Positions 13,375 to 26,991 of a DNA stretch of 64,000 nt are shown here, piece after piece; position 1 is the stretch's first letter, and the number at the start of each line of letters is the position of its first letter. This DNA comes from Malacoraja senta (Eukaryota). The notes beneath the pieces are model-generated. The model did no database searches. It saw only the letters and a list, made by a program, of their open reading frames with translations, and was not told the origin of the DNA. The stretch lies in contig CM075984.1 in NCBI GenBank assembly GCA_038087875.1, positions 3,100,001 to 3,164,000 on the forward strand, given 5' to 3'. Made by a program: the position numbers and the translations under genes.

Positions 13375-14375
13375 ACAACTGCAGATGCTGGTTTACAAAA
13401 AAGTGGCAAAGTGCTGTGGTAACTCAGCAGGTCAGGCAGCATCCTGGAGAGCATGGATAGGTGATGTTTCGGGTTGGGACCCTTCTTCAGACTGATTGTG
13501 GGGTGGGGGGGAATGAAAGCCAGAAGAGTGGAGGGGCAAGACCGAACATGGCAGTTAATAGGTGAACACAGGTGGGGGGAGGGGGGTGATTGACAGCAGA
13601 TGGTTGGACAAAGACCAGAGATGAAATAAAAGGTGTGAGACAAAAGGATTGAAGAGTTGTGAATTGTGAAACCACAGGAAGGAATGTAGGCGGAAGGGGA
13701 GAGGGAAGGGCAGACATAGGTGTGAGTCCAGGTGGGGTGGAGGGGAGGGAGGGTAAGATGGGATGTGGGGAAGAATGGGGAGGGAGGGATGAGGTTGTTA
13801 GAGACTTCTTAAAATAGTAGAATTCAATGTTCATAGCTTTGGGGAGTAAGCTACCCGTAATATCAGGTGGTGTTCCTCCAGTTTATGTGTGGCCTCACTC
13901 TGGCAATGGAGGAGGCCCAGGACAGAAAGGTCAGTGTGGGAATGGGAAGGGGAGTTCAAATGGTTGGCAACCGGAAGATCTGGTAGGCCAAGTGCAAGTG
14001 TTGAGTGAAATGGTTGCCGAATCTACACTTGGTCTCGCCGAAATACAGGAGCCCACATCGTAAATATCGAATGCAGTAGATGAGGTTAGAGGAGGTCACA
14101 TGAACCTCTGATTCATCTGGAAGGACAGCTGGGGTCGCTGGATGGAGTCGAGGGAGGAGGTATAGAGGCAAGTGTTGCATTTCCTGCAGTTGCTGGGGAA
14201 AGTACCTGGGGAAGGGTGATATTGATGGAAATTGATGGGTGAACCAAGGAATTGCAGAGGGAGTGGTCACTAGGGAAGTCGGAGAGGGCTAGAGATGGGA
14301 AGATGTGATTTCTGGTGGGATCATATTGGAGGTGAAGGAAATGTCGGAGGATGATGCGTTGGATGCAGAAGCTGT
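13375..14375 (-). mobile_element. PLE 3' fragment (GIY-YIG + pLTR)
   Basis: SSNLIYCIRYLRCGLLYFGETK; hammerhead core at ~13462-13490 on the minus strand. Confidence 0.78.
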
Positions 14376-15379
14376 GGGGGGGGGAGGGGGTGAAAGGATA
14401 GGACCAGATATTTAAAAAATCTAAAATATTTTTGATTTAACTTACACTTCTGATCATAGCTAAGGTTTCTGCACTAGTCAAAAATCTGAGAGTCACTGCT
14501 AGATTTCAGTGCTCAGCAGCTTTGAGCAGCTCACTCTTTTCCCTGGTGCAATTTTGTATAATTTCTGCAGAATTCTTACAAATGAAAAGAATTCTATGGC
14601 ATGTTGTCGAACACTTGGCAGAGACTACAGTAGTTACTTCCCCGCCAAGGGAAGGAGAAATGGAAGGTACAATCTTTATGGTTCACTTACATAAATCCCC
14701 ATAGAATAGTCTCAACTGCAGGCTTGTCTGGATTGGGTACCAAGCTGCAAATCGGGGCTGTGGAAAATTGGGACACTGAAGAAAAACATCACTTTTGAAA
14801 GAACAACATCCTCAGAGAAAAATGTTTTAAACATGACAATTCTAGTTCTTGGATTTGCTTTTAAATACAACTTTTATAGGGATGTTTTATACAATACAGA
14901 AATTATTTGTGTAATCATACTAATCTGTCTATTAATGTTGATATGCTTCTGTTTCTTAAAATATATATTTAAAATAATTAATAATAGTCAAAGGTTTTTA
15001 AAATGCATTTTTGTGACATTATTGTTGCTGGAAAGGGCAGCATGGATATTTTATTTGTCCGTAAATGCGCTAGGATTGTGGTGCTCGTGGAGAAAGTTGT
15101 ATCTCGAACTGCGGAGTGGTTTATGCAACCTTGTATGTTGCTAAGTCATACCAGAAGATAGTCAACAATGTAGATGTGGTACTGCAATCATGTGTAGCCT
15201 AATGAACTTTGTTCATGGTCAGTTTTACTAGTAGCTATTTATTTCCAGTTTCTTTGTTAAATGCTATTCAAATTCTCAAGCCTCCTTGGTCATTTGAGTT
15301 AACCTCTGGGTTATTAATTTAGACCTTTGCATTACCAGTTCAGTCGAATAGCTACTGTGCTATTTCAAAGTATACAAAC

Positions 15380-16348
15380 TACAATATACATCAATGATTT
15401 GGATGAAGGGATTCAAAGTAACATTAGCAAATTTGCAGATGACACAAAGCTGGGTGGCAGTGTCAACTGTGAGGAGGATGCTATGAGAATGCAGGGTGAC
15501 TTGGACAGGGTGGGGGAGTGGGCAGATACATGGCAGATGAAGTTTAATGCGGATAAATGTGAGGTTATCCACTTTGGTAGCAAAAACAGGAAGGCAGATT
15601 ACTATCTAAATGCCGTCAAGTTGGGAAAAGGGGAAGTACAACGGGATCTGGGGGTCCTTGTACATCAGTCTATGAAAGTAAGCATGCAGGTACAGCAGGC
15701 AGTGAAGAAAGCGAATGGCATGTTGGCCTTTATAACAAGAGGAATCGAATAGAGGAGCAAAGAGGCCCTTCTGCAGTTGTACAGAGTCCTAGTGAGACCA
15801 CACCTGGAGTATTGTGTGCAGTTTTGGTCCCCTAATTTGAGGAAGGACATTCTTGCTATTGAGGGAGTGCAACGTAGGTTTACAAGGTTAATTCCCGGGG
15901 TGGCGGGACTGTCATATGCTGAGAGAATGGAGCAGCTGGGCTTGTACACTCTGGAGTTCAGATGAGAGGGGATCTCATTGAAACATATAAGATTGTTAAG
16001 GGCTTGGACACACTAGAGGCAGGAAACATGTTCCCGATGTTGGGGGAGTCCAGAACCAGGGGCCACAGTTTAAGAATAAGGAGTAAGTCATTTAGAACAG
16101 AGACGAGGAAACACTTTTTCTCACAGAGAGTGGTGAGTCTGTGGAATTCTCTGCCTCAGAGGGCGGTGGAGGCAGGTTCTCTGGATGCTTTCAAGAGAGA
16201 GCTAGATTTAAAAATAGTGGAGTCAGGGGATATGGGGAGAAGGCAGGAACGGGTTACTGATTGGGGATGATCAGCCATGATCACATTGAATGGCGGTGCT
16301 GGCTCGAAGGGCCAAATGGCCTACTCCTGCACCTATTGTCTATTGTCT
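15380..16348 (+). mobile_element. CR1 LINE 3' fragment (RT C-terminus + 3' UTR)
   Basis: IYINDLD, SKFADDTK, LVRPHLEYCVQFWSP; (TATTGTC)n tail; in-frame stops. Confidence 0.9.
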
Positions 16349-16548
16349 AAAGTAAAAACACAAAATAATGCTGAAAATACTCAGCAAATAGTGCAACAGG
16401 AAGTAAATGGAGTTAACGTTTCAGGGTTTTTGTGATTTTCTGTGGTACTATTGCATCTTTGTTAAAGTAAAGCTTAATGTTTCTCGTTAAGTGTAATGGA
16501 TGCAAACTACAAATACTTTTTCTTCCATTTGCTATTTAAAAATTGTAG

Positions 16549-16630
16549 CCTGGAATTAGTCCTGAGGTGAGGAGAAGACTTGGCGAAGCTGCAGTCCAGG
16601 CGGCTAAAGCTGTAAATTATGTTGGAGCTG
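16549..16630 (+). CDS. MCCC1: MCCC1 coding exon (~exon 9)
   Basis: tgtag|CCT...GCTG|gtaagt; 82 nt; [27 protein letters not shown]; not in the ORF track. Confidence 0.95.
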
Positions 16631-16656
16631 GTAAGTCAAACACCAAAGGTCATGAT

Positions 16657-17518
16657 GGGGGTAGGGGGCGCTGCTCTGGGCAGCGGCCATGTCAGCAGCG
16701 CGTCAGTTTTTTCAACTTGTTCTTATTTTTTAGTATGTTTTAAAGTATGTATGGTGTGTTTCTTTGTGTGTCTTGTGCGGGGGGTGGTGTGGGGGGGTAA
16801 GGGGGAAATCGATTCGGTCGCCTCCTCCATGGAGAGGCGCCTTTTTCCAGGTCGCCTCCCCCGTGGCCTAACATCAAGGATCGGCGCGGCCTTTCCCGGA
16901 GACGCGCCCGGGGCTTCAGCGGCGGGCGCAGCGTGGACTCTCGGCGTGGAGCGGTTGAGCCCTCGCTGGAGGGGAGCGCTCCGTTTCGCTGGCCCGGGGC
17001 AGCCGGCAGCCTGAAGTCGCAGCCTGAAGTCGCGGTCTGCAGAGCTTCAGCTGGTGCGGCGTCTAGAGCCCAGGATCCCCTCGTGGGGGACCCGGGGGAA
17101 GAAGAAGAAGCCATCACTGCCGGCCCGCGGCCAACTTACCGCGGGGCCGGCATGGACTTACCAACACCCCTGCAGGGGAGCTTCGACCGCCGGCCCTGCA
17201 GTCTACGGTGCTTCTGGCTGCAGCAGAGACTTTAAATCTCGACAGCCGGCCTGCGGCCTACAACAACTTAAAGCCGCGGTCTCCGGTGAGGAAGAGCCGA
17301 TCCTGGACTGACTCTGGACTCTGGTCCTGTCCACGGAGGGGAAATGGAGGAGGATTGGCCAAATTTTTGTGCCTTCCACCACAGTGTTGAATGCTGTGGT
17401 GGATGTTTGTGTTACATTTTTTTATTGTGGTTGTGTGTTCTTTATTATTGTATCGCTGCTGACAACCCAAAAATTCCACCAGCTTGGCTGTGTGGTCATT
17501 AAAATACTATACTATACT
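16657..17518 (+). mobile_element. Unclassified GC/CpG-rich retroposon A
   Basis: CpG-rich body; ends ATTAAA plus (TACTA)-like tail; short ATGAT duplication. Confidence 0.55.
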
Positions 17519-17526
17519 ATGATCAG

Positions 17527-18492
17527 GGAGGAGCCATCTTGTGGAACGGCTGCTAACCACTAAATCACTTTTTTAAAACGGTTTTAGTGAGTCTCCTTTT
17601 TGCTTGTAGGAGACATTCTACTTTTTAATGTCTGGTGAAGGGGGCAACGAAATTTCTAGGTCCCTACCTGGTTGGTGAGGCAGCTTTTCTCCGGGCTGCC
17701 CCGTCGACCCGTCCTCGTGGCCTACCAGCGGGCCTGGAGCGTCGTTTCCTGGCGGGAACCGCCCTGCACCTCGGTTTGGTGGCGGCACAGCGCTGGAGCG
17801 TTGTCGCGGAGCGTAGCGGGCGATGCCTTGCCTGGATCGCCGCGCTGGATCGTCGCGTCGGTGCTCCAGTAGGCTGTGACCGCCGAGGTCAACACCTCCG
17901 GGCTGCGGGACTGCGGAGAAGATCGGGCGGCGCCGACTTTAACATCGGGAGCCTTGGAGCTCCAAACCGGCGCGGCCTTGTCGGCTTCGGTAGCTGCGGC
18001 CTCCGGTGAGGAATGCGGCCGTTCCAGGTGGCCCAGCCGCTGTGAGGACTCTCCCGACGCCGGGGCAACATTACCCGGTGAGAACGGCCAGGAACATCGG
18101 GCCTCCGTAGAGGCAATAGCGGAGGCCTCATTAGGCCTGACTTTGGGTGAACTGGGGTTGGGGACGACATTGTGCCTTCCCCCACAGTGGTAATCATTGT
18201 GGGGGGATGATTTTTGTGTGCTGTGTCTATGTTAGTCTGTGTTCAAGATGGCGGTCGGAGGGGAGAGTGGACGCTGGCGCGGTTTAGCTGCTGCTGCTCT
18301 CTCCTCAAATTGTGTTTCTGATTTTCTTTTTTTTTGTGCCTTTGGAATGAATTCTGTCCTTAATTTGTGTATTGTGATGTCTTTATAATTTATTTTATTC
18401 CGATTATATGTTTCTTATTTGTTAATCTCTGTAAGGTGTCCTTGAGACCTTGGTATAAGGCGCCCGTAAATAAAAGTTATTATTATTATTAT
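17527..18492 (+). mobile_element. Unclassified GC/CpG-rich retroposon B with an L2-like tail
   Basis: TSD TATGATCAG (17518 and 18493); ends AAGGCGCCCGTAAATAAA plus (TTA)n. Confidence 0.6.
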
Positions 18493-18930
18493 TATGATCA
18501 GACTCTTGCGTAAATTGAAATGCCGTAAGTAGTCCCCCAGGTTCAAGAATTGCTCCTTCCTAACAACAATCAGACTCTTGAGAATTACACAACACAAACC
18601 TCAACTATGAATATTGGACAGTTTTTGGTTGAATTATGAATATTTTGCATTTGTAGTTATGAATGTATTGAATATTTGTTTATTATATATCTGTGCGTGG
18701 TATATTTTCAGGCCTATTAAGATCTGAGCAGAAACACAGCTTTATACAATGCCTTTAATATTCCATGTTGCTTCTCAGGAACATCACTGAAGAAAATTTG
18801 ACACCAAGCCACATAAGGAGGTATTAAGACTGAGGATCAAAGTGTTAGTTTAAAAAGTAGGTTAAAAGCAGAAGAGAGAGGCTCAGAAATGGTATTCCTT
18901 ACGTTAGAGACTAGGCATCGGCAACAGAAG

Positions 18931-19022
18931 GCGAAGAAGGGTTTTGACCCGAAACGTCACCTATTCCTCCTCTCCAGAGATGCTGCCTGTCCCGCTGAGT
19001 TACTCCAGTATTTTGTGCCTGC
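18931..19022 (+). mobile_element. Truncated PLE pLTR
   Basis: 15-bp TSD CATCGGCARCAGAAG. Confidence 0.75.
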
Positions 19023-20627
19023 CATCGGCAGCAGAAGACAGCCACCATTGCAGAGTGATTTAAGTCAAGATGATCAAGAAGCTAGAGCTGGAGGTGTGGA
19101 GCTGGAGGAGGCTTTAGCATTAGAGAAGGACAAGTCAAGATGCTGAAAGAGGATGTGGTGGCATCTCATTATAGGAGGTATAAATCATGGATGATCATTG
19201 AATGTGAAGCCTGTTGATGTGAAAAGTGAGGACAAGGATGTAGGTGGGGGAGAGGAGAGGGGGAAGGTTAGAGCTGAAATGGAACGGATGCAATTGAGAG
19301 GCCTATCAACACTGCTGGAGAGAAGCCACTGTTAAGGTGAAAGGGTGACATCACAGCACTAGTATGGAAAGTGTCGCCATTAGGACAGATATAGCACAGC
19401 AGGCAAAACTGGGAGAATCATATGGAGTCCTGACAGGAACCAAATGGGAGGAGGTGTAATCACGACAGCTGTGGGTTTCAGCAGGGTTGTAGAGAACATT
19501 GGTGTGGAGCCTCTTGTGTGTGATAGACATGGGCAAGTCAAGAAAAGGAGAGACGAATCGAGGGGAAAGTGAGAGCAGGGTGAAAATTGGTACCAACAAT
19601 GATGAGACCTTTGTGTTCATATAGAAGCACTAAAACATGTTTAAGGAAACTTGGATATCCTGGCTTGTATCAACCTTCCATCAACAAGATAACCTGTTTC
19701 AGCTCAATAATATCACCCATATGTTGTGCAAACTGTGGGGAAATCATTAACTGTGCCTCTGTACCATTGTATTTCCCTCTTAACCAGCCTCTCACTTTTT
19801 ACAATCTAAATCGATTCTCATCGACAACTCCATAACCTACACATTAACTTGTAGCAGCTTCAGGGCATCTCTCCCATTGACAAGATTGGTCCTGACCCTA
19901 AATCCTTGTATTCAAAACCCTTCCATGACCTTACTTCCCCCGACCTCCCCAAAGAATCCAAACCCAATCTCTGTAGCTTCCTTCAGCTCTACAACCAATC
20001 AATGATCTTTGCTCCTTGAATCCTGGCATCATGTGCATTCCACAAGTCTGCACATGAGCAGCTCTGCAGGACGCTGGCTTGCTTTTAAGTTGCAGATTTT
20101 TTTCTCTCAACCTCCCTATTTTACTCCCTCTCTCCTTTGGTAAAAGGTCCTATCTCTTTGACCAGGTGGTTTGATTAGCTGCCCTGCTTTACCTTTTTGT
20201 GCTTTCGATTAGATATTATGAACACTCCTGATTAACATCTTGATTGTTTCATGACATTAAAGTTGCTGGATAAACGAGAGACTTTGTTCTGGCTGTGTCG
20301 TCACTTGTATGTCCATAGAATAGTGACGAAAAAAATGAAGGGCTTGCAAATAAACGTAACTCTGAAATTCTCCCCTGTTTGATTGTTTAGTCAGTGTTGT
20401 TTCCATTGCAAAATATGAAAATGATATAAATAGGGGTATCAGATTCAGAGTTGAAGAAGGTAAATATTTTTTCATCCAGTACAGAAAACCTTTTGAGACT
20501 TCACTGTGTTTAAACTATGAGCTTGACATCACTTTATCACTGGTATCCGATGCGGTATGTTTTCACCATTACTGTTTTCAGAATGGAGTGTATAGTGTAT
20601 AGTGTATATGTACAGAATGGAGTGTAT

Positions 20628-20845
20628 AGTCTGTGGAATTCTCTGCCTCAGAGGGCGGTGGAGGCAGGTTCTCTGGATGCTTTCAAGAGAGAGCTAGATA
20701 GGGCTCTTAAAAATAGCGGAGTCAGGGGATATGGGGAGAAGGCAGGAACAGGGTACTGATTGGGGATGATCAGCCATGATCACATTGAATGGCGGTGCTG
20801 GCTCGAACGGCCGAATGGCCTACTCCTGCAACTATTGTCTATTGT
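20628..20845 (+). mobile_element. CR1 3' end
   Basis: Near-identical to 16138-16345. Confidence 0.85.
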
Positions 20846-21359
20846 TGTGCACAAAGGCTTGAATTTATCAACTTTGTTCTGCAATATTCATTTTAGTATT
20901 GGCAGAGAATCCCATCAATATACTGCATATAAGTACAGTAAAAATATTTTTGAAAGTACTTTGTTTCCACTATTTAATTCTTACTCTCTGTGTAAGTAAT
21001 GCCACCTATGTTTTAACATCAATTGAAGTCACATTTGTGACCAATGAGTATCCAAATTATGGTCACATGGGTTAATTAAAACATTAAAATTATGGACTCT
21101 TGTAAGTTTGAAAGATTAGCTCTATGTGTCCATGAGATTTGTAAGTTGGATCAGGAGTAAATCAAAGTTGGTGGTGAATTTATTTATATTGGGTTCTAGA
21201 TGTCGATGTTAAAATTGTACTTATTCTGTGTTAAAAATGTAGCTCCTATTTCTTTTATGAAACTTTCCTCCATGTTTCAGAAATAGACCAGAAAATTAAA
21301 ACTTGCGTTGCAATTTCAATATCTCACCATGGTGACTGCCTTCATATTTTGTTAATCAT

Positions 21360-21643
21360 TTAGTTTAGTTTAGATATACAGTCCACGCCGTCCAGTGACC
21401 CCCGCACATGTTACACTATCCTACACATACTAGGGACAATTTACACCTGTACCAAGCCAATTAACCTACAAACCTGCACGTCTTTGGAGTGTGGGAGGAA
21501 ACCGAAGATCTCGGAGAAATCCCACGTGGTCACGTGGAGAACGTACAATCTCCGTACAGACAGCACCCGTAGTCGGGATTGAACCCGGGTCTCGGGTGCT
21601 GCAAGCGCTGCAAGGCAGCAACTCTACCGCTGCCACACCGTGC
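21360..21643 (-). mobile_element. HE1-type tRNA-derived SINE
   Basis: A box (GGCAGCGGTAG), B box (GGTTCAATCC) and (TAAAC)n tail on the minus strand. Confidence 0.8.
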
Positions 21644-22367
21644 ATTTAAGGGTAATTGAAAATTTCTGTTCTAAATATATGATCTGCAAAATGTACTTTG
21701 ACATAACTGAACAAGCTTCCATTAGATTAAATAAAAGTCAAAAAGCTGCAGTCGCTCAAAGTCTGAAATGAAAAATAAACTGAAAATACTGGAAACATTG
21801 GGCATGTTGGGAAGCATCTGTGGGAAAAGAGAGTTCACATTTCAGAAATTTCTAGCTTTTTCATTAAAGTTTTATTCATGCAGCACACGAATACATCCTT
21901 GAAAGAATGTAATATAGATGGTATCCTGTGTAATGGTGAAATCATGGAAATGTTCTCACTGTCTCACAATTCCTGGATAGTTGCCAACAAAAGCATGTTA
22001 CTAGGGTTTGCTGTACGTGTTTAACAGCGCTTCACAATCGGGGTGATTTAGTTATGCAGCTAAATAATGCACTAAATGAGGCGGATCATAAACTTTTTAT
22101 TCAATTGATTTTCTAAATTATTTCTCTGTGTAGACCAATGTTCAACAGTTACATTGATGGATATCTTGGCGTTACATTTGTCATTTATGTATTTTTCACC
22201 TTATCATTTATGCATTTGATAATTTTGTAATCATAATGTGAGCCCAGCCTTTCAGTTTCTTCTAGAGGATAACATGTAAAACAAGCACTATAAAATGCAA
22301 GTGCAACGATTTATTTTCCAGTATCTCTTTTTAATGTAATTTTTAAAACTAAACTTCCCTTTACAGA

Positions 22368-22554
22368 GTGTGGGAAGGAACTGCAGATGCTAGTTTACAC
22401 CAAAGATAGACACAAAATGCTGGAGTAACTCAGCTGGACATCTCTGGAGAAAAGGAATAGGTGATGTTTTGGGTTCAGACCCTTCTTCAGACCCATTCCT
22501 TCTCTCCAGAGATGCTGCATGTGCAGCTGAGTTACTCCAGCATTTTGTGTCTAT
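22368..22554 (-). mobile_element. PLE pLTR fold-back insertion
   Basis: Inverted arms; TSD CTTCCCTWTACAGA. Confidence 0.8.
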
Positions 22555-22857
22555 CTTCCCTATACAGATTCCTTTTGTCTTGTTTGATCTGCTTGCTTCA
22601 CACCATTCTGCAATTTGTTTTTTTTAATTGCGGAATGTAGAGTTTATTGTCATGCAAACGTGAATCAAGAAACTAAAAATACTGCCTTATTTTGTATGTT
22701 GCAGTTAATTTTATCTCCAGAATATTGGGATGATTAGAATGATGAAAAAGATCTAATTAAAGCTATGTGTCTTTTTGCCAACAGTGGTTAGAATCACAAG
22801 TGTTGTGGAAACGTGTGGGGGAAATTGCATTTTTAATCATTATAAATTGCTTCACAG

Positions 22858-22985
22858 GGACAGTGGAATTCATTATGGATTCTCAACATAATTTTTATTT
22901 CATGGAGATGAATACCAGGCTGCAGGTGGAGCATCCAGTCACAGAGATGATAACGGGAACTGACCTTGTGGAATGGCAGCTTCGG
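22858..22985 (+). CDS. MCCC1: MCCC1 coding exon (~exon 10), catalytic [10 protein letters not shown] motif
   Basis: cacag|GG...CGG|gtaagt; 128 nt; [43 protein letters not shown]. Confidence 0.97.
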
Positions 22986-24293
22986 GTAAGTGAGAACAGA
23001 TGGTTGCCCGGATGTACATTCTATTGAGCTTAAACCTAAAGGTCAAGACTACGGGAAAGCTGAGGGGAATGGCGATTAAATGTTTTGGTCTTAAATTATG
23101 GCTGTGTCAATGAGCGTGGACATGCTCTAAAACGTCTAAAGATTTCCAGTTTCACTGTTGTTTTGCCGTCAAACGCTTTACCGTTACAAGATAATGTCAT
23201 GCACTATTATTTAATCTGTATCAAATACTCCAAGATGTAATAATACCTTGAAGATTTAGACTTAAAAGAGAATGACTGGATTAGCAAATTGTTCAGCGAC
23301 ACAAGAAACAAAAGATGCTGAAATCTTAAAGACAATGTTATGGAGGAGCTTAACAGAAATGGAAGGAATAGACAAACAATGTTTTGGGTCGGGACTCTTC
23401 AGACTGTTTGTAGTAAGGGGGAGAACGCTGGAAAAGAGAGATGGGAGCAGGACGAAGCCCAAGTGAAAGTGGATGCAGGTGAGGGTGGGTGTAAGTGACA
23501 AAGGGTAGAGGTGAAAATGAGACAATGGGGTGTCAGATAAGGAGAAGTTGGAGGTGGAGAAATAGGTGGAAGGGGCCAGGGAGTGGGGAAAGAGAAGGGA
23601 TAAAACAAAAATGGGGGACCCTTGGATGGAAGATGAGTGTTTGAAGGAGGGGGAAGGAGCAGAGTGACTGGCGTTGGGAGAAATCTGTGCGCACCAGAGT
23701 GGTAAGGGGCACAGAAGAGAAAGAGGGGGTAGGTGCTGTATTACTGAATGTTGGAGAATTTGGTGTTCATACCATTGGGTTGTCAGCTACCCAGATGCAA
23801 TTTAAGGTGCTGTTCATCCAATTTGCATGTGGCCTCACACTGGCAATGGAGGAGGCCAAGATCAGAAATGTCGTATTGGATATTGAAATGGGAGTTGAAA
23901 TTTTTAGCAACTGGGTGATCCACCGGCCTTGACGGACAGAATGCAAATGTTTGATGAAATGGTTGCCTGGACTATGCTTGGCCGTGCCAATCTAAAGGAG
24001 GCTACATCGGGAAGCACTGAACTTCTCTTTTAATGCCTCTCACTTTCTTCAAGTCAAAGATGGAGCATGGGCCCCAGCTTTGCCTGTCTTTTTGTTAGTT
24101 ACATTGAACATTTGTTGTTCCAAACCGTACCACAGCACCATTCCCCAACGCTTTCTCCACTACATCGACGGCTGCATCAGGGGTGTATCCATTGTTTACA
24201 TCAACTTTACAACTAACTTCCACCCTGCCCTCAAATTCACTTGGACTATCTCTGACTCTTCCCTTTTTCAATTTCTGTCTCTATTGTAGAGGA

Positions 24294-26012
24294 CATAGAA
24301 ACATAGAAAATAGGTGCAGTAGGCCATTCGGCCCTTCGAGCCTGCACCGCCATTCAATATGATCATGGCTGAACATCCAACTCAGTATCCTGTACCTGCC
24401 TTCTCTCCATACCCCCTGATCCCTTTAGCCACAAGAGCCACATCTAACTCCCTCTTAAATATAGCCAATGAACTGGCCTCAACTACCTTCTGTGGCAGAG
24501 AATTCCAGAGATTCAACACTCTCTGTGTGAAAAATGTTTTTCTCATCTCGGTCCTAAAAGACTTCCCCCTTATCCTTAAACTGTGACCCCTTGTTCTGGA
24601 CTTCCCCAACATCGGGAACAATCTTCCTGCATCTAGCCTGCCCAACCCCATAAGAATTTTGTACGTTTCTATAAGATCCCCCCTCAATCTTCTAAATTCT
24701 AGCGAGTACAAGCCGAGTCTATCCAGTCTTTCTTCATATGAAAGTCCTGATATCCCAGGAATCAGTCTGGTGAACCTTCTCTGTACTCCCTCAGATTAGG
24801 AGACCAAAACTGTACGCAATACTCCAGGTGTGGTCTCACCAAGACCATGTACAACTGTAGTAGAACCTCCCTGCTCCTATACTCAAATCCTTTTGCTATG
24901 AATGCTAACATACCATTCGCTTTCTTCACTGCCTGCTGCACCTGCATGCCTACTTTCAATGACTGGTGTACCATGACACCCAGGTCTCGTTGCATCTCCC
25001 CTTTTCCTAATCGGCCACCATTCAGATAATAGTCTACTTTCCTGTTTTTGCCACCAAAGTGGATAACCTCACATTTATCCCCATTATACTGCATCTGCCA
25101 TGCATTTGCCCACTCACCCAACCTATCCAAGTCACCTTGCAGCCTCCTAGCATCCTCCTCACAGCTAACACTGCCCCCCTGCTTCGTGTCATCCGCAAAC
25201 TTGGAGATGTTGCATTCAATTCCCTCGTCCAAATCATTAATATATATTGTAAATAGCTGGGGTCCCAGCACTGAGCCTTGCGGTACCCCACTAGTCACTG
25301 CCTGCCATTCTGAAAAGGACCTGTTTACTCCTACTCTTTGCTTCCTGTCTGCCAGCCAGTTCTCTATCCACATCAATACTGAACCCCCAATACCGTGTGC
25401 TTTAAGTTTGTATACTAATCTCTTATGCGGGACCTTGTCGAAAGCCTTCTGAAAGTCCAGATATAACACATCCACTGGTTCTCCCTTATCCACTCTACTA
25501 GTTACATCCTCGAAAAATTCTATAAGATTCGTCAGACATGATTTACCTTTCATAAATCCATGCTGACTTTGTCCAATGATTTCACCACTTTCCAAATGTG
25601 CTGCTATCCCATCTTTAATAACTGACTCTAGCAGTTTCCCCACTACCGATGTTAGACTAACTGGTCTGTAATTCCCCGTTTTCTCTCTCCCTTTTTAAAA
25701 AGTGGGGTTACATTAGCTACCCTCCAATGCTCAGGAACTACTCCAGAATCTAAAGAGCTTTGAAAAATTATCACTAATGCATCCACTATTTCTGGGGCTA
25801 CTTCCTTAAGTACTCTGGGATGCAGCCTATCTGGCCCTGGGGATTCATCGGCCTTTAATCCATTCAATTTACCTAACACCACTTCCCGGCTAACCTGGAT
25901 TTCACTCAGTTCCTCCATTTCATTTGACCCCCGGTCCCCTGCTATTTCCGGCAGATTATTTATGTCTTCCTTAGAGAAGACAGAACCAAAGTAGTTATTC
26001 AATTGGTCTGCC
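24294..26012 (-). mobile_element. CR1 LINE 3' 1.7 kb (RT domain)
   Basis: ORF 24762-25643: QHGFMKGKSCLTNL, YLDFQKAFDKVPH, SGVPQGSVLGP, KFADD; (TTTCTATG)n tail. Confidence 0.92.
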
Positions 26013-26991
26013 ATGTCCATGTATTTGGGACAGAATATATACTGACATACTACAAATTCACTGATCCCCACGGTTCCCTTGACAGCACCTCTTCCCACCC
26101 TGCCTCTTTGAAAGGACGCCATCCCTTAATCTCAATTTCTCAGTCTCCACCACATCAGATGAGGCTTTCCACTCTAGGCCATCTGATTGTTTTTTCAGCA
26201 AACGTGGTTTCCCTCCTGCTGTTGTGGCTGGAACCCTCACCTGTATGTCCTCCATGTGCCATAGTTCTGCTCTTCCTAACCCTCCTCCCAGATGGAACAA
26301 GAATAGAGGACCGCTGATCCTCACCTTTCACCCAACAGCCTCCGCATCCAACACATCATTCTCCAACGTGACCCCACCACCAGTCATATCTTTCCATCCC
26401 CTCCCATTTCCACTTTACGTAGAGACCAATTCCTCTGCAACTCCTCAGTTCACTCAACCCTTTACCCAACGTGCCCCCTCCCCAGGGAATTTCCTCAGCA
26501 ACTATCGGAGATGTCCATAAATCTCTTCTCTCAATTCCATTCAGGAACCCCAGCAGGCTTTCCAGGTGAGACAGAGGTTCACATGCACCTCTTCCAACCT
26601 GGTCTACTGTATTAGGTATGCCTGTTGTGGCCTCCTTTACATCGGCAAGATCCAAACGTGGACTAGGCGACTGTTCTCCAAATACGTGCACTTCATATTC
26701 CCCGGGTGGTTTACAACCCAACGGTATGGACTTTGAAATCTCCATTTTATAGTAAACCCTGCTTCCCTCCCCTCTCTCCCATGCCCACCTCACTCTGGTG
26801 CCCATGCATTTTCTTCACCATCTCCCCCCCCCCACCAGTCACCCAGCTCCTTTCCCCCACCTCCTTATGTCCCATCCTCCGGGTCCCCCATTTCCCATTT
26901 CTCCCCACTCTTCCACCTCCCCCAACAACTTCCAGGCATATTCCTTCCTTGGGCTTTACATTCACTCCTCTTTCTTCCCCTTATTCCAACT

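Noticed and set aside
16619-18197. Overlapping 100-130 aa ORFs on both strands as a nested gene
   Set aside because: Ala/Arg/Gly/Pro-rich translations expected from GC-rich repeat DNA; no domain motif or splice structure
24762-25643. Longest ORF (293 aa) as a host gene or active LINE
   Set aside because: CR1 RT fragment that is 5'-truncated and frameshifted on both sides
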